A stretch of 64,000 nt of DNA from Octopus vulgaris (Eukaryota): positions 104,408,001 through 104,472,000 of the forward strand of contig OX597819.1 in NCBI GenBank assembly GCA_951406725.2, read 5' to 3'. The stretch's first letter is position 1. Each line of letters begins with the position of its first letter. The notes beneath the pieces are model-generated. The model was not told where the DNA came from and made no database searches. It saw only the letters and a list, made by a program, of their open reading frames with translations. Position numbers and translations under genes: made by a program. Of this stretch, positions 28,244 through 40,874 are shown piece after piece.

Positions 28244-28798
28244 GAGTGAGAGAGCAGTGCATGTCATCAAAGTGACACTGGGGTAAAATATACGAAGCCC
28301 AGTATACCCATCATGGCTACCTGTCTGATAAGGGTACACTAGGCACATGCATCACAACCATAAGTACACGACATGGTGATCTCATATCAAGATAAACAGC
28401 GCATGAACCTGCAGGTGGAGCCCAGTTAGAATTTTCTTCTGGTCGAGTAGCCCATCCCGCTCAAAAGGGCCATGAATAAGGGTTGTTTAAGGATGTTGAA
28501 CGAAACACACATATTTCCAGAGGTGAATTATTCAAATTCCAAAGAATCCCTCTCAACACATGGCTATGATACTCCCCTACTACTTCTGCTTGTGATTAGA
28601 GATGCACATATCGTCAGCCACTAAGATAAATGCTCAACTGATTAAGGTCAAACAACTGACAAGCAAATCTGTAGTATTGAGCAGAATATTTGCTGTAGCC
28701 CATCTTTTATACCAAGATAAAACAACGTACGTGATAACACTTCCAATCAGTTAAGATCAGAAGCCATGAGAGCCACTGCCTGGTACTACATCAGGGCA

Positions 28799-28800
<2 letters not shown>
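28244..28800 (-). mobile_element. ~557-bp non-coding TAA-associated element, copy 2 (full length)
   Basis: (TTA)n on both sides; 5' end aatgccctgatg matches the start of copy 4. Confidence 0.88.
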
Positions 28801-28868
<68 letters not shown>

Positions 28869-28871
<3 letters not shown>

Positions 28872-29273
28872 TAGTTTTATTTTTATAGCGTGCTTTCACT
28901 TCACTACCGAGCGCAGCTCTGTGTGCCTTGGGTATGTGCTGTGATTTGTTGTGATGCTCTGATGGTTATTGTATGGAAAGTGTTCTGCGTAGGATGTGTG
29001 CAGTGCCTAGTAGTGCAATTTTCTGTATGTTATATGTGTTTGTAAGTCCTGGTGTTTTTGTTATGTATTTGTCTGAATATTTTTTTATCATGCCTAATGC
29101 ACCTACTATGATAGGAATTGTTTCTGTTTTCAGGTTCCACATTCTAGTTATCTCTATTTCCAGGTCTTTGTATTTTGAGAGTTTCTCCATTTCTTTTAGA
29201 GACACGTTGTCATCTGCCGGTATTGATACATCAATTAGAAAGCATTTTTTTTCTTCATGATCTCTGACAACTA

Positions 29274-29276
<3 letters not shown>
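28869..29276 (-). mobile_element. Dong-like family A, 5'-truncated copy
   Basis: Near-identical to 1291-1696; intact RLE C-terminus (ORF 28966-29205); (TTA)n on both sides. Confidence 0.92.
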
Positions 29277-29330
<54 letters not shown>

Positions 29331-29351
29331 TATTATTATTATTATTATTAA

Positions 29352-29387
<36 letters not shown>

Positions 29388-29388
<1 letters not shown>

Positions 29389-30027
29389 TTAATTTTGTTT
29401 CCATTTCTTGCCGAGTGTCTTCCCAACATCCAGGGCACAGAAACTCATTTTACACATTGATAGCCCATTAAAATAAACACACCAGATTGTTCTTGCACAA
29501 AATCATGTTATGTGACAGAAAAAAAATATAGAAAGGCAATGCGCTTCTCAATACGTGTTAGTTGGAACAATCTTCCGCGCTAATTACATGGATACTAAGC
29601 TAGGGGTCATTCTCAAATAAATTTCAGTTCCTTTTTTGATCATTCCAACTACTCCTGAAATTACTGGTACTGTACCGTTTTTAGATGCCACATCTTTCGA
29701 TTTCAATCAGCAAATCTTTATATTTTCTGAGCTTATCGAATTCTTTCGCCTCGATATTATGATTACAAGACTCATATCAACCAATAAACACACTTTATTG
29801 TTTTTGTCTTTCACAACAAAATCAGCTTTATTAGTTTTGATGGTTCGGTCTGTATGTACTGGAAAGTCCTTAAGAATCGTTACATTTTCTCCCCCAGTTA
29901 TAACCCCAGGGTGGTGCTTATACTATTCGACTCCAGTTTTGATTTTATAATGCCGACATATTAACCAGTGTAGATATTGACCAACTCTGTCGTATCTTTA
30001 GGTTTATAATCTGTAGGTGCTAAAACT
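29388..30027 (-). mobile_element. Dong-like family C, 5'-truncated and degraded
   Basis: VLAPTDYK, GQYLHWLICRHYKI, FPVHTDRTIKTNK, KLRKYKDL motifs. Confidence 0.75.
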
Positions 30028-30052
30028 TTATTATTACTGCTGGAGTTTTGAA

Positions 30053-30123
<71 letters not shown>

Positions 30124-30300
30124 ATGTTTGACTTTTGCTTTATATTTGTACAAGTTGGCTCCAAGTCTCACCCAGAGACCTCAAGAGACAACAGGCTGGA
30201 AGTTCACGTTGTTGTTATGCCTAGTGTGCCATATATTTGGTAGTTTTTTGTGTTGTACTAGTGGATGTCTAAAAAAAAAGGTTTGTTTTAAACCTTGAGA

Positions 30301-31113
30301 TTACATAGAAAGTATTTTGCGTAGGATATGAGTAGTTTCCATGAGCACTATCTTTTGAATTTCTGCAATTTTTGGGTTTCCTGGTATCTGAGTTAGGTAG
30401 CAATCAGCCCCTTTTGCTATCATTCCCAGGGCACCTATGACAACAGGTATTGTTTTAGTCTTCAGGTTGCACATTTTTCTGATCTCTATTTCAAGATCTT
30501 TATATTTGCTCAGTTTTTGGTAGGTCTTGACAGATACGTTTATATCGATTGGGACAGTCATATCAATGAGGAGGCATGTTCTTTGTTTGAAGTCTTTCAA
30601 TATGATGTCTGGCCTATTTGCATCTATCTTTCTGTCAGTTTGAATGGTGAAGTTCCAGAGGAGTGAGATATGGTCATTTTCAAGCACTGGGGGTGGTTTG
30701 TGTTCCCACCAGTTTTTTTCATGGGGCAAATCCAGGTTTTTGCAGATTACCCAGTGAATATATTGTGCAGCTCTATTATGCCTGTTGATATACTCTGTAG
30801 GCGCTAGAAGACTGCACTTGGAGGCCACATGATCAATGGTTTCATTTTGTTGCTGGCATACACGACACGTTGGGCTACTGCCGATCTTTAATATGTTGGC
30901 CTGGTAGTTTCTTGTTGGTGGGCATTGATCTTGAGCTCCTATGATAAACCCTTCTGTTTCAGATTTTAAGCCAGAGGCCATTAGCCATTGATGGGTCAGG
31001 GCTTTGTCAACATCTGCACTATTCGCTCTCTTTGGGTATTTGCCATAGAGAGGTTTTTCTTGCCATTTATCATTCAGAATATCTAAGGCCGCAGATTTAG
31101 CATGGGTTTTCAT
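30301..31113 (-). pseudogene. Family B zinc finger and RLE endonuclease
   Basis: 270 aa: LKSETEGFI, CRVC..ETIDHV..C, RPDIILKD, LIDMTVP. Confidence 0.9.
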
Positions 31114-31211
31114 GCGCTTAGCTTTTTCTGTGCCTGTTTCTTGTATGTCTATCTCTAATTCCGAAATTTGTTGTATTCGGAATTCACTGAGATATCCCTT
31201 TGCCTGTTTTG

Positions 31212-32595
31212 TTACTGAGTATGATGTTTCTTGTTTTCATGTTTTGAGTCAAGTTTTAACATCCAGTCCTCAGAGTTTTTCAGGTAGGTGTCTAGGCCAA
31301 TTGTAGCAATCTTCATTGTTATTGCCAGTTGTAAAAGTCCACGGCCTCCGTCTTTTCTTGGCAGATAAAGTCGTTCTGTATCTGCCTTAGGGTGGTGCTT
31401 TCTATGCATTGTCAACAGTTTTCGTATTTTTCTGTCAAGATTACATATTTCAGTAATTGACCAGTTAACGATATTGAAACTGTAAGTCACGACTGGTATG
31501 GCTAATGGATTGATCGCTTCGATCCTGTTTCTCGCATTCAGCTCTGTCTTGAGTATTGCTCTTACTCTGCGATGACATTCTCTCCTGATCCTTTCCTTGA
31601 TCTCTGGATGCTTGTAGTTCTCCGCTGGGTCTAATTCTTTTATGACATTCTGCTGGTCAAGGTTAACGTTAGATGTTTCTGTCATTTTTCCTTTGATAAA
31701 GGTAGCTTTTGCACACTTATCGAGGCCAAATTGCATTCTGATGTCATCACTAAATTGTTTGACAATCGCTAGTAAGCCCTTGAGTTGTTGGTCATTTTTT
31801 TGCAAAGAGCTTTAAATCATCCATGTAAATGAGATCATTTATATTTTTATCAAACATTTTATATCCGTACTGCGCGTCATTGAGCAGTTTTGATAGAGGT
31901 ATTAAGGCTAAACAGAAGAGGAGTGGTGATAGTGAGTCACCCTGGAAAATGCCACATGAAATTTTTACATCACCAGCATTTAGAGATTCATTGTCACTGT
32001 TCAAAGTTAGTGTGGTTCTCCATGATCTCATACTTACAGACAAAAAGTTTCGCAGAGTAGGTGCTATCTTATACATTTCTAGGCATTTCTTAATCCAGCT
32101 ATGTGGTAGGCTATCAAAAGCCTTTTTATAGTCTATCCAGGCTATTGATAAGTTTTGTGTTGTTTGTGACAATCTTCTAAGATCATCTTATTGATGAGTA
32201 GTTGATCTTTACAACCGTAGGATCCACGTTTACATCTTTTCTGTTCATTAGGGAATATGCTGCTGTCTGTCAAAAAACTATAGGTATATTCCGTCAGGAC
32301 AGATGTTAGTGTTTTATACATAGTTGTTAAGCAGGTTATGGGTCTATAGTTTTTTTGGTTCATTTGTTTCTTCACGTTTTGGAAGCAGGAATGTTAACCC
32401 ATTAACTAGCCAAGGAGGCATCCTACTAGGGTGTTGCAAAACATCATTGTAAAGTTCTGTTAGCAGTTCATGGCTCTCTGGGAAGGCATTCAACCATTTG
32501 CTTGACCTCCTGAGAGCAGATCTTATATCTTCTACCTTGACACCCTCCCACTTTTGCTCTTCTAAGGAGTCCAGTGTGTTTTTTCTTCTGCCCAA
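31212..32595 (-). pseudogene. Family B reverse transcriptase (frameshifts and internal deletions)
   Basis: ORFs 32344-32595, 32142-32375, 31792-32172 and 31212-31805. Confidence 0.9.
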
Positions 32596-34013
32596 ATTTT
32601 ATTCCAAAATCCCTGCACTTCTTCTTTTGATGATACAGACTTTACAGTAACGGGTGTTTTTCCTATCTTCCTGTAAACATTTTTGGGGTTATTTTTGAAC
32701 ATGTTGTTGTCCCTGAAGAATCTAATACGCCTTTTATACCTCGCTATGCGGGCAGCTTTAGCAGATACCTTTTGCTTGCTGGTTTCTATGGTGGCATCAA
32801 TATCAAGTATAGTTTTCATATTATATTTTTTCATTAGTTTTTGGGGTTTTGTAGGTTTGGTAGTCTTATGAACCTTAAGGTTTTTCAAATATTCAATGTC
32901 AGATCTAAATAGTTTAATTTGTTGTTGCAAACACTCTTGCCAAGAAGGCTTTTTGTGGAAATGTTGCCGTTTTCTAATCTTTTCACCACTTAGGATCGTT
33001 GAGATTTTCGCGGATGCATAGTATAGGTGGTTAAGATCTGTGATATCAACATCATTAGCTGAAATTATATCCTTAAGTGCAAGCCGGATTTTACCAATTA
33101 TTTTCATGTTTTGGTTAGAGTTGCGGATTTTAGGGAGTGTATCACGTTCATCCATACTGGTTTCTTTAATTTTCAGCCATTCAATCATGATTTGACTTTT
33201 TAGCTCATGTAGTTCTGTCGGGTCAATATTTGTGTGACTTTCTTCATCTATTTGATGTTCATCTGTCTTAGTGTTTATGTTTGGTTCAGGGAGTATTTCA
33301 CTTTGCCTATCACTTATACTAACTCTTTCAATCCTTACTTCATTTTTATCAGCTCTGGGCTGGTCTATAATTATTTCTTCTGTATTATCTTCTTCAGCTG
33401 CAGCTTCGTTCATTCTATCCGTTACTGCTTGTCTAATTTGGTCAATCTCTACTTCAGTCAGTAATTTGTTTTTTATAATGTTTCTTCTGACGTTGGCAAG
33501 TTTGTTACTGTCTATGTAGGGTCCTGCTTCAGGGTGTTTCTGTCTCCAGTTTATGTAGGTTTGTATAGTGTTCGATTTATCTGTGGGGAAATATATGGCA
33601 TGGTAGAAGGCCGCAAGAACTTCTTTATTATCTTCCCTAGTCCATTTTTCCTTCTTTTTCTTTTGAGTGTTTGGTGACGAGCATGGATGGCCATCTGTTG
33701 GAATATTCCAGTTGTGGGGTACGTCCAGCTCCTGTGTGTCGGGAAGATTTGATCCAGTAGCTAATTTTTCAATCAGAATTTGGTTCAATTTTCGGGTACG
33801 TGGTCTTTTGTAATCCACTCGCCGACCATCGCGGTTTGTAGTTTGTTTTGTTGACATTGAAGCATGACGAGCTTCGACTCTTACATTAAGAGACGGATCT
33901 GTCAGTTTAGGATTCTCTGCACGTAAACATTGTTCGTAGCGCGGCATCTTAAGGCTAGCAGATCTGTATTCGTCTGTATTTTTTTTTTTGTTGATAGATT
34001 TATCTCCGGGCAT
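32562..34013 (-). pseudogene. Family B N-terminal part
   Basis: 483-aa ORF collinear with the downstream RT pieces. Confidence 0.8.
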
Positions 34014-35395
34014 AGTTTTCCCTTTTTTTAACTTATGAAAGGTTCACTCTGCCTGTATTAGTTCGAAAAAATGAGAATAAAATACGAAAAAAAAAAAATT
34101 ATCATCACCACTATCATCACCGTCATCATCATCATCAATGATATTGTTTTATGTGTAGTCACAGCAGTAGCTTATTATTATTATTATTATTATTATCATT
34201 ATCACCATCGCCACGGTAAAGAGGTCATGTTCTATAGGTCTATAAATAGATTCAGCAGATGGTGGGATGGTCAGCCAAATAGGCAAAGAACATTTTGGGT
34301 CAGGAAAGGTCAAACCTGTTTACTAGTACCAGCGTTATCTTGAAAAGCAATTCAGCTTGTTATATTTGTAATTAATGTTAGGAAGAGAAAAAAAACCTAT
34401 ATATATATATATATATACCCATACACATATGTATATGTATATGTATATTCACACACGCATATTTTCTGATATTCACGTCGATGATTTTTTTAAATTTCTG
34501 AGTTCAATTGTGTTGTTGTAATAAAAGTTTACGTGTTTACGTGTTTGGGTAATATATTAAAGTTTTTAAGTATTCTTGAGATGTCCATTTGGAAAATACA
34601 ATAAGATTTTTGCAATGGGAAGAATGTTTACATTTTCGACTGCTCAGGAAAGAAAAGTTGTGGTTAGTGAAGTTCTAAGATTTACTAGATATGCACAGAG
34701 AGAAATGATAGTGTTCTTAGAATAGAAAGGAGGATGGTATTTACATTTTCGAATACTCAGGGGGAGAGGAAAGGATACGTTGTCGCACATTAGTTGTTGA
34801 TATAAAAGATTTTTTGTTTGTTTTTTTTTTGTATTTTAAGCTGACCGTGTGTGTGTTCGATAGCTGTAGGTATGTAAGTTTCCTAACTTATTTTATTCTG
34901 CGGGAGATTTAAAATATTTATAGGGAGTTGCAAATATTCCAGTAGGAGGAAGAGCGGGTTCACCTTGTTGGGATTTTGAATTTCTGAATTTCTTTTTCTT
35001 TTGGAATTTTTCTTTTCTTTTTTAAAGTTATGCTGTGGTTTACAGTTTTTGTAGTTGTGCAGTATATATATATTAGCAGGTGCTTACTTCCATAGTTTTT
35101 TATCGTGCATTTAATTGTGTTGTTACAATAAAAGGCAAAGAAGGGACGACAAACTGTTCACACAAAATTGGAGATATTTATGATTCTAAATTTTTTGTTA
35201 GGTGTTCGCTTGTATGTCCAAAGCTGTAGATATGTAAGTTCCTTAACTTATTTTGAGGGAAATTCAAATTACTCAAAGAAAACAGTAGATCTTCCAGTTT
35301 TTTACAGATGCTTTTTCAGTTGTCCCGCTGGGTTGGTCAGAGCAGCAACAAAACACATCCAGCTTCTATCACGTCCAGCCTTCTTCTTCTTCTTC

Positions 35396-35433
<38 letters not shown>

Positions 35434-35445
35434 GTTATTATTATT

Positions 35446-35480
<35 letters not shown>

Positions 35481-35532
35481 AATCATCATTATTATTATTA
35501 TTGACCTTGTGCCTATAGCAGAAAGGGAAGAA

Positions 35533-35756
35533 AGGTGGCGATCTGGCAGAATCGTTAGCACGCAGGACAAAGTGCTTTGCGGCATTTCGTCCGCCTTTAC
35601 GTTCTGAGTTCAATACCCGCTGGCGTCATCTTTACCTTTCATTCTTTCAGGTCGATGAATTAAGTACTAGTGAACTAGTGAAACACTGGGTATCAATGTA
35701 ATCAATTAGTTTCCTCTCACCAAATTTTCAGGTCTTGTGCCTTATATAGAAAGGAC
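35533..35756 (+). mobile_element. Meta-core SINE followed by (TTC)n
   Basis: ggtggcgatctggcagaatcgttagc head; 3' half nearly identical to 6291-6415. Confidence 0.85.
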
Positions 35757-35891
35757 TCTTCTTCTTCTTCTTCTTCTTCTTCTTCTTCTTCTTCTTCTTC
35801 TTCTTCTTCTTCTTTCTTCTTCTTCTTCTTCTTCTTCTTCTTCTTCTTCTTCTTCTTCTTCTTCTTTTTTTTTTCTTCTTCTTCTTCTTCA

Positions 35892-35987
35892 GAAATTCCG
35901 CCGAGGTTGACTTTCATCCTTTCGATGGATGTAATCCACTACCCCACCTCCCCCAAAGTTTCAGGTCATGTGTCTATAGTAGAAAGG

Positions 35988-35988
<1 letters not shown>
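35892..35988 (+). mobile_element. Internally deleted Meta-core SINE with (ATT)n tail
   Basis: aaattccgccgaggttgactttcatcc..tagtagaaaggattatt. Confidence 0.7.
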
Positions 35989-36053
<65 letters not shown>

Positions 36054-36057
36054 GTTA

Positions 36058-36109
<52 letters not shown>

Positions 36110-36110
36110 T

Positions 36111-36570
36111 GAGTGAGGGAGCAGTGCATGCCATCAAAGTGACACTGGGGTACAAATATACGAAGCCCAGTATACCCATCATGACTACTCGTCTGATAAG
36201 GGTACACCAGACACATGCATCACAACCGTATGTGCGTGACATGGTGATCTCATATCAAGATAAACAACGCATGACCTTGCAGGTGGGGCCCAGTTAGAAT
36301 TTTCTTGAGGTCGAGTATCCTATCCAGCTCAAAAGATCCCTGAATAAGGATTGTTTAAGGATGTTGAACAAACCACCTATGTTTCCAAAGGTGAATTATT
36401 CAAACCTCTAAGAATTCCTTTCAACACACGGCTATGATACTCCCCAACTACTTCTGCGTATGATCAGAGATGCACATATCGTCAGCCACTAAGGGATATG
36501 GTAAACTGTTAAGGTCAAACAACTGACAAGCAAATCTGTGGTATTGAGCAGAATATTTGCTGTAGTCATC

Positions 36571-36575
<5 letters not shown>
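36111..36575 (-). mobile_element. ~557-bp element, copy 3 (5'-truncated)
   Basis: Homology to the other copies; (TTA)n on both sides. Confidence 0.85.
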
Positions 36576-36630
<55 letters not shown>

Positions 36631-36631
<1 letters not shown>

Positions 36632-38737
36632 GCCATTTTTACTTTTAATCTGCATGTTTGTTACAGTCACTTGCTGAGACAAACCCAGCATCTTGGGGGC
36701 GAATGAAGAATAAGAGATGTTACAATATGAATGAAAGCTTGGGGACGGGAGGTAGTGAAATATCTTCATGTCATGCAACACAGACATTTAAATGGATAGG
36801 GTTTTTCTAAGGATGCGGGCAGTACTTGTCAGCACAATCTTTTGGATTTCTCTGAGGCATGGTTCTAGATGTTTCTGACATCCCTTCTTTTTTTTATCAT
36901 ACCTCGGGCACCTATAATAACAGGAACAGTTCTCGTTTTAAGATGTCACATCTTTTGTGTTTCAGTTTCCAGATCCTTATATTTACTTAGTTTGTCAAAT
37001 TCCTTTACAGATACATTTTCATCAGCGGGAACACTTACAGCTATTAGTCTACCAGTATTTTCTTCACTGTCTTTAATAATTATATCTGGTCGATTAACCT
37101 AGATCGTTCTGTCAGTGCTGACTGGAAAATGCCAGAGGATAGTGAAAGTTTTACCTTCCAGGACTGGCTCAGGATGATGTTCATACCAGCAAGCAGGAGT
37201 GTTGATTTTGCAGTGTTTACATATTCTCTAAAGCAGTGTTTACATATTCTCAGCACAGGATATCCCGAGACGAGATGGTCTATTGTTTCATCAAATGTAT
37301 CGCAGAATCAGCATTTAGGGTCAGAACCGTTTTGAAGAACGCTAATCTGGTAGTTTTTTGTGAGCAAGCTTTGGTCTTGTGCCGTCAGTATGAAATTTTC
37401 AGTCTCTGCTTTCAGTCCTGATCTTCTCAGCCACTGATGGGTTGTTGATTGATCTACATCAGCATTTTGACTTCGAAGTATATACTGTCCATGCAGAGGC
37501 TTCTGGCTCCATCGCTCCCCAATTTGCTTCTGTCCGTTCTTTTCTGCAGTCTATTTGATTCATTTTGCTTGTTCTGTGGCAGTAGTTTCGGGTTCTTCAA
37601 TTATTTCAGGATTAATTTCAAGTTCCCTTGCGAATTTGCAAGCTTCTTTGACAATCGAATGTGACTTTTTGTTTGCTCTCAAGCCGCAGCATCCAGTCCT
37701 CTGTACTAGATAAGTACTTGTTCATTGATATTGTGGAGGTCTTATAGCACAGTTTTACCTGCATCATTCATCTTCACCCATTACTTTTATGGTACGTACA
37801 GACGATTAACATCTGCTCTTAGGTGGTGCATGTTTTTAGAAGTTAGTATTTTTCTTGTCTTCCTGTTCTGGCCTTGAAACTCTGTAAGATTCCAATTAAG
37901 GAGGTTAAAACTATATTGGACTACTGGAAGTGCTAGGGTCTTAATGGCTTCGAATCGATTTTTAGAGCTGAGTTCAGTTTTAGTATGAGTCTTATTCTCT
38001 TGTAACATACTTTACTTATTTTCTCCTTCATAGTAGCATGTTGTATTCTGTTTCTTTCGTTATCTTCAGGTGTTTGTAATTTCCTTGTGGGTCAAGCTCC
38101 TTGATGGTAGTGCCGGCATCCAATTTAATGGAAGCTATTTGCCTGAGCTTACCTTTTACAAAAGTTGCTTTAGCACACTTATCAAGGACAAAGTCCATCC
38201 CGATGTCATTGCTGGATTCTTTAACAGTTGTTAGCAGCTCTACTAGCTCTTCGTCATTTCTAGCAAACGGCTTCAGATCGTCCATATAAAACAGATGGTT
38301 TATTGTCGTATTGTAAACTCTGAACCCTTACCTGGTGTTATTTAGTTCGTTTGAGAGTGGAATCAGTGCCATGCAAAAGAGTAATGGAGAGAGAATCACC
38401 TTGAAAGATGCCTCGATTGTTGTTGATGTTAGTTTGGCTCATCCCATTACTATGGTTTAGAAGGAAATGTGTGTTCCACTTGGCCATGCTACCTTGTAAG
38501 AATTTGGAGATGACAGGAGAGATCTTATGTATTTCAAGGGCCTTGAGAATCCAATTATGTGGGATGCTATGAAACGCTTTCCATCAGTTTATCCATGTCA
38601 TACTCTGTTTTTTTTTGTTCCGGCAATTCTCTACAATCGTTTTACTTATGAGTAATTGATCTTAGCACCCATAAAAAATCCTTTTACAGCTTTTTGAGCT
38701 TGCACCCAGAAGAATTCCTTTTACAGCCTTTTGAAGC

Positions 38738-38738
<1 letters not shown>
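36631..38738 (-). mobile_element. Dong-like family D, 5'-truncated (RT to RLE, degraded)
   Basis: QKGCKR, FYMDDLKPFARND, LDKCAKATF, RPDIIIKD, QKIVLTSTARILRKTLSI*. Confidence 0.85.
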
Positions 38739-38800
<62 letters not shown>

Positions 38801-38803
<3 letters not shown>

Positions 38804-39387
38804 GAAAACTTACAGCTTATTTTGCTGGGTATGATGGAAATTGTCAGCTATCCACAGCCAGCAAACTAAGGTAACACTTGTTTACTGGTCATGCTTCAAG
38901 AACCCTGCGAAGAATTCTTGCAGTTCCAAGCAATGCTGATGTTTGTAGGTGTTCTGCCTTCACACTTGCAGCGATCTTTTTCACCAACGCTGGTAGTTTA
39001 GTGCTGATACTTCCAAGTGCACAAATTACAATTGTATCACATCTACTCTCTTCATTGACCACAATCTTCGTATTTCTGACTTTATATCGTCATAATTGTT
39101 TATTTATTCTTCTTCTTTCACATTCCTCCTGTTGTCACCGGACCGGGTCATGCTATGTCGATTATCATACATATTCTTTCTTTTTTATTCATCACAACAA
39201 TGGCCAGATTCCTGATGTCTGGCCAGGTGATCGCATTAGATCATTTCATCCCACAGGATTTTGCAGTTCTCATTTTCGGTGACTCCTGGAGTTTGCTCAT
39301 ACCACGTCTTTGCTCTTTGTAGACCATGATTTCTACATAGCTCCCAATGGATCATTCTTGCCACATTGTCATGACGTCTTTTGTATC
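38801..39387 (-). mobile_element. Dong-like family E, 5'-truncated
   Basis: YKRRHDNVA, ILWD, LQTSALLGTARILRRVLEA*. Confidence 0.8.
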
Positions 39388-39803
39388 CGTGTTGTTGTTG
39401 TTGCTATTATTATCATCATCATCATCATCATCATTATTATTATTATTATTATTATTTTAATCTTCCGTCCATCTGTCTTTTGTACATTTCTGAAGAATGC
39501 CTTCTGAATTATCTGACAAATAGCGCACAAAATATAAACGACGGTGAATGTGGGGGTAGTCGTGGTGGATATGTCATTATGGTCATCTTTGAGGAAAATA
39601 GAATTAACATTTGCAACATCATTTTTTCAATGGACTCCTTTCCGTCGGTCGATATGAAGGTGTGTGGAAGTGTTGTTTGGATCATCTATATTTTTGTTGT
39701 TAATTTTCTTGTTTGCTTGTCTGTGTCATGAAATTTGTTTTATAGTTTTTGTGTTTCGAGTAATTGTTTTTTATGCCTTGTTATTCCCGTTTGATTATTA
39801 TTA

Positions 39804-39859
<56 letters not shown>

Positions 39860-39870
39860 ATTATTATTAA

Positions 39871-39914
<44 letters not shown>

Positions 39915-40874
39915 TTATTATTATTATATTTTTTGTTATTGTAACTTAAAGTTCTCTCGCCTCTCTCCCATCAAATTCTGGTTTCTATTTGATGTGTCGG
40001 TGATAGGAGAAAGCCTTCAGAATGCCTTCTAAACGACAATAGAATTAATACACTTAATGAGAGACAACAATAAACAAAACAACAACAACACCAACAACAA
40101 CAGCAGCAGCAGCAGCAACAATAACAAGCAACAACGACAATAACCAATAACGGCAGGATGAAGAGGAGGATACAAAAGACAATAAACCATAACATCTTCA
40201 AGATGAATGTATGAAGTTGTGTGCGGTTATCTCTTCTGGGCTGTTTTGTATCATATCCGTTTATTGTAGTTTCTCTTTGTTTGTCTCATTCTTTGAGAAT
40301 TAAGAGGTTGTTGTGGAAAGGGTTGCGGTGAGGTTAAGGGAAATGGAACGGCAAAAAAGTTTCTACAAAAATGAAGAAAAAAATAACCCAAACTTCTTGC
40401 TGAGAGAAGGTACGTTGGTGGGTTAGGGGTGGCTATATTTTTGTGGAACAAAATGGAGTTGATTGTGTTTTTGGTGAATGGTGTCGGTAATGATGTTGAT
40501 GATGATGTTATTGGTCCAGAAGGTGGTTGGAGTTTGGAGTGAGGGGATGATGTTGGTAGAAGAGGTGATGTTGATTATGGAAGTGGTGGTAATTGTGATA
40601 TTGGAAATAGTAGTATTGGTATTATTGTTGTTGGTAGTAATGGTAATGATAGTGGTGGGGATAATAATTATGATGATGGTGCTGGTTGTGATGATTGTGG
40701 TGGTAGGAGTTGGAGGTAGTGATCATATTAGGGATTCTTGTGATGAACGTTGATAATTTATGGTAGAAGAAATTGACAGAGAAAATGTTTTCTAAAGAAA
40801 AGTTGTTTTTCCTTATGAAAGAAACTGAACAGGAGGAGCAGAAAAAATAACGATGATGATGATGATGATGATAA

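Larger units (their letters stand above)
30122..34098 (-). mobile_element. Near full-length R4/Dong-like element (family B)
   Basis: 483-aa N-terminal ORF (KWTRED), RT (NYRPITCL, GIFQGDSLSPLLFC, YMDD), CCHC finger, RPDII RLE, stop at 30301; 3' end in AAT array. Confidence 0.92.

Noticed and set aside
28800-30121. CRISPR-like repeat/spacer alternation
   Set aside because: The repeats are variable-length TTA microsatellites and the spacers are retroelements, in eukaryotic DNA.
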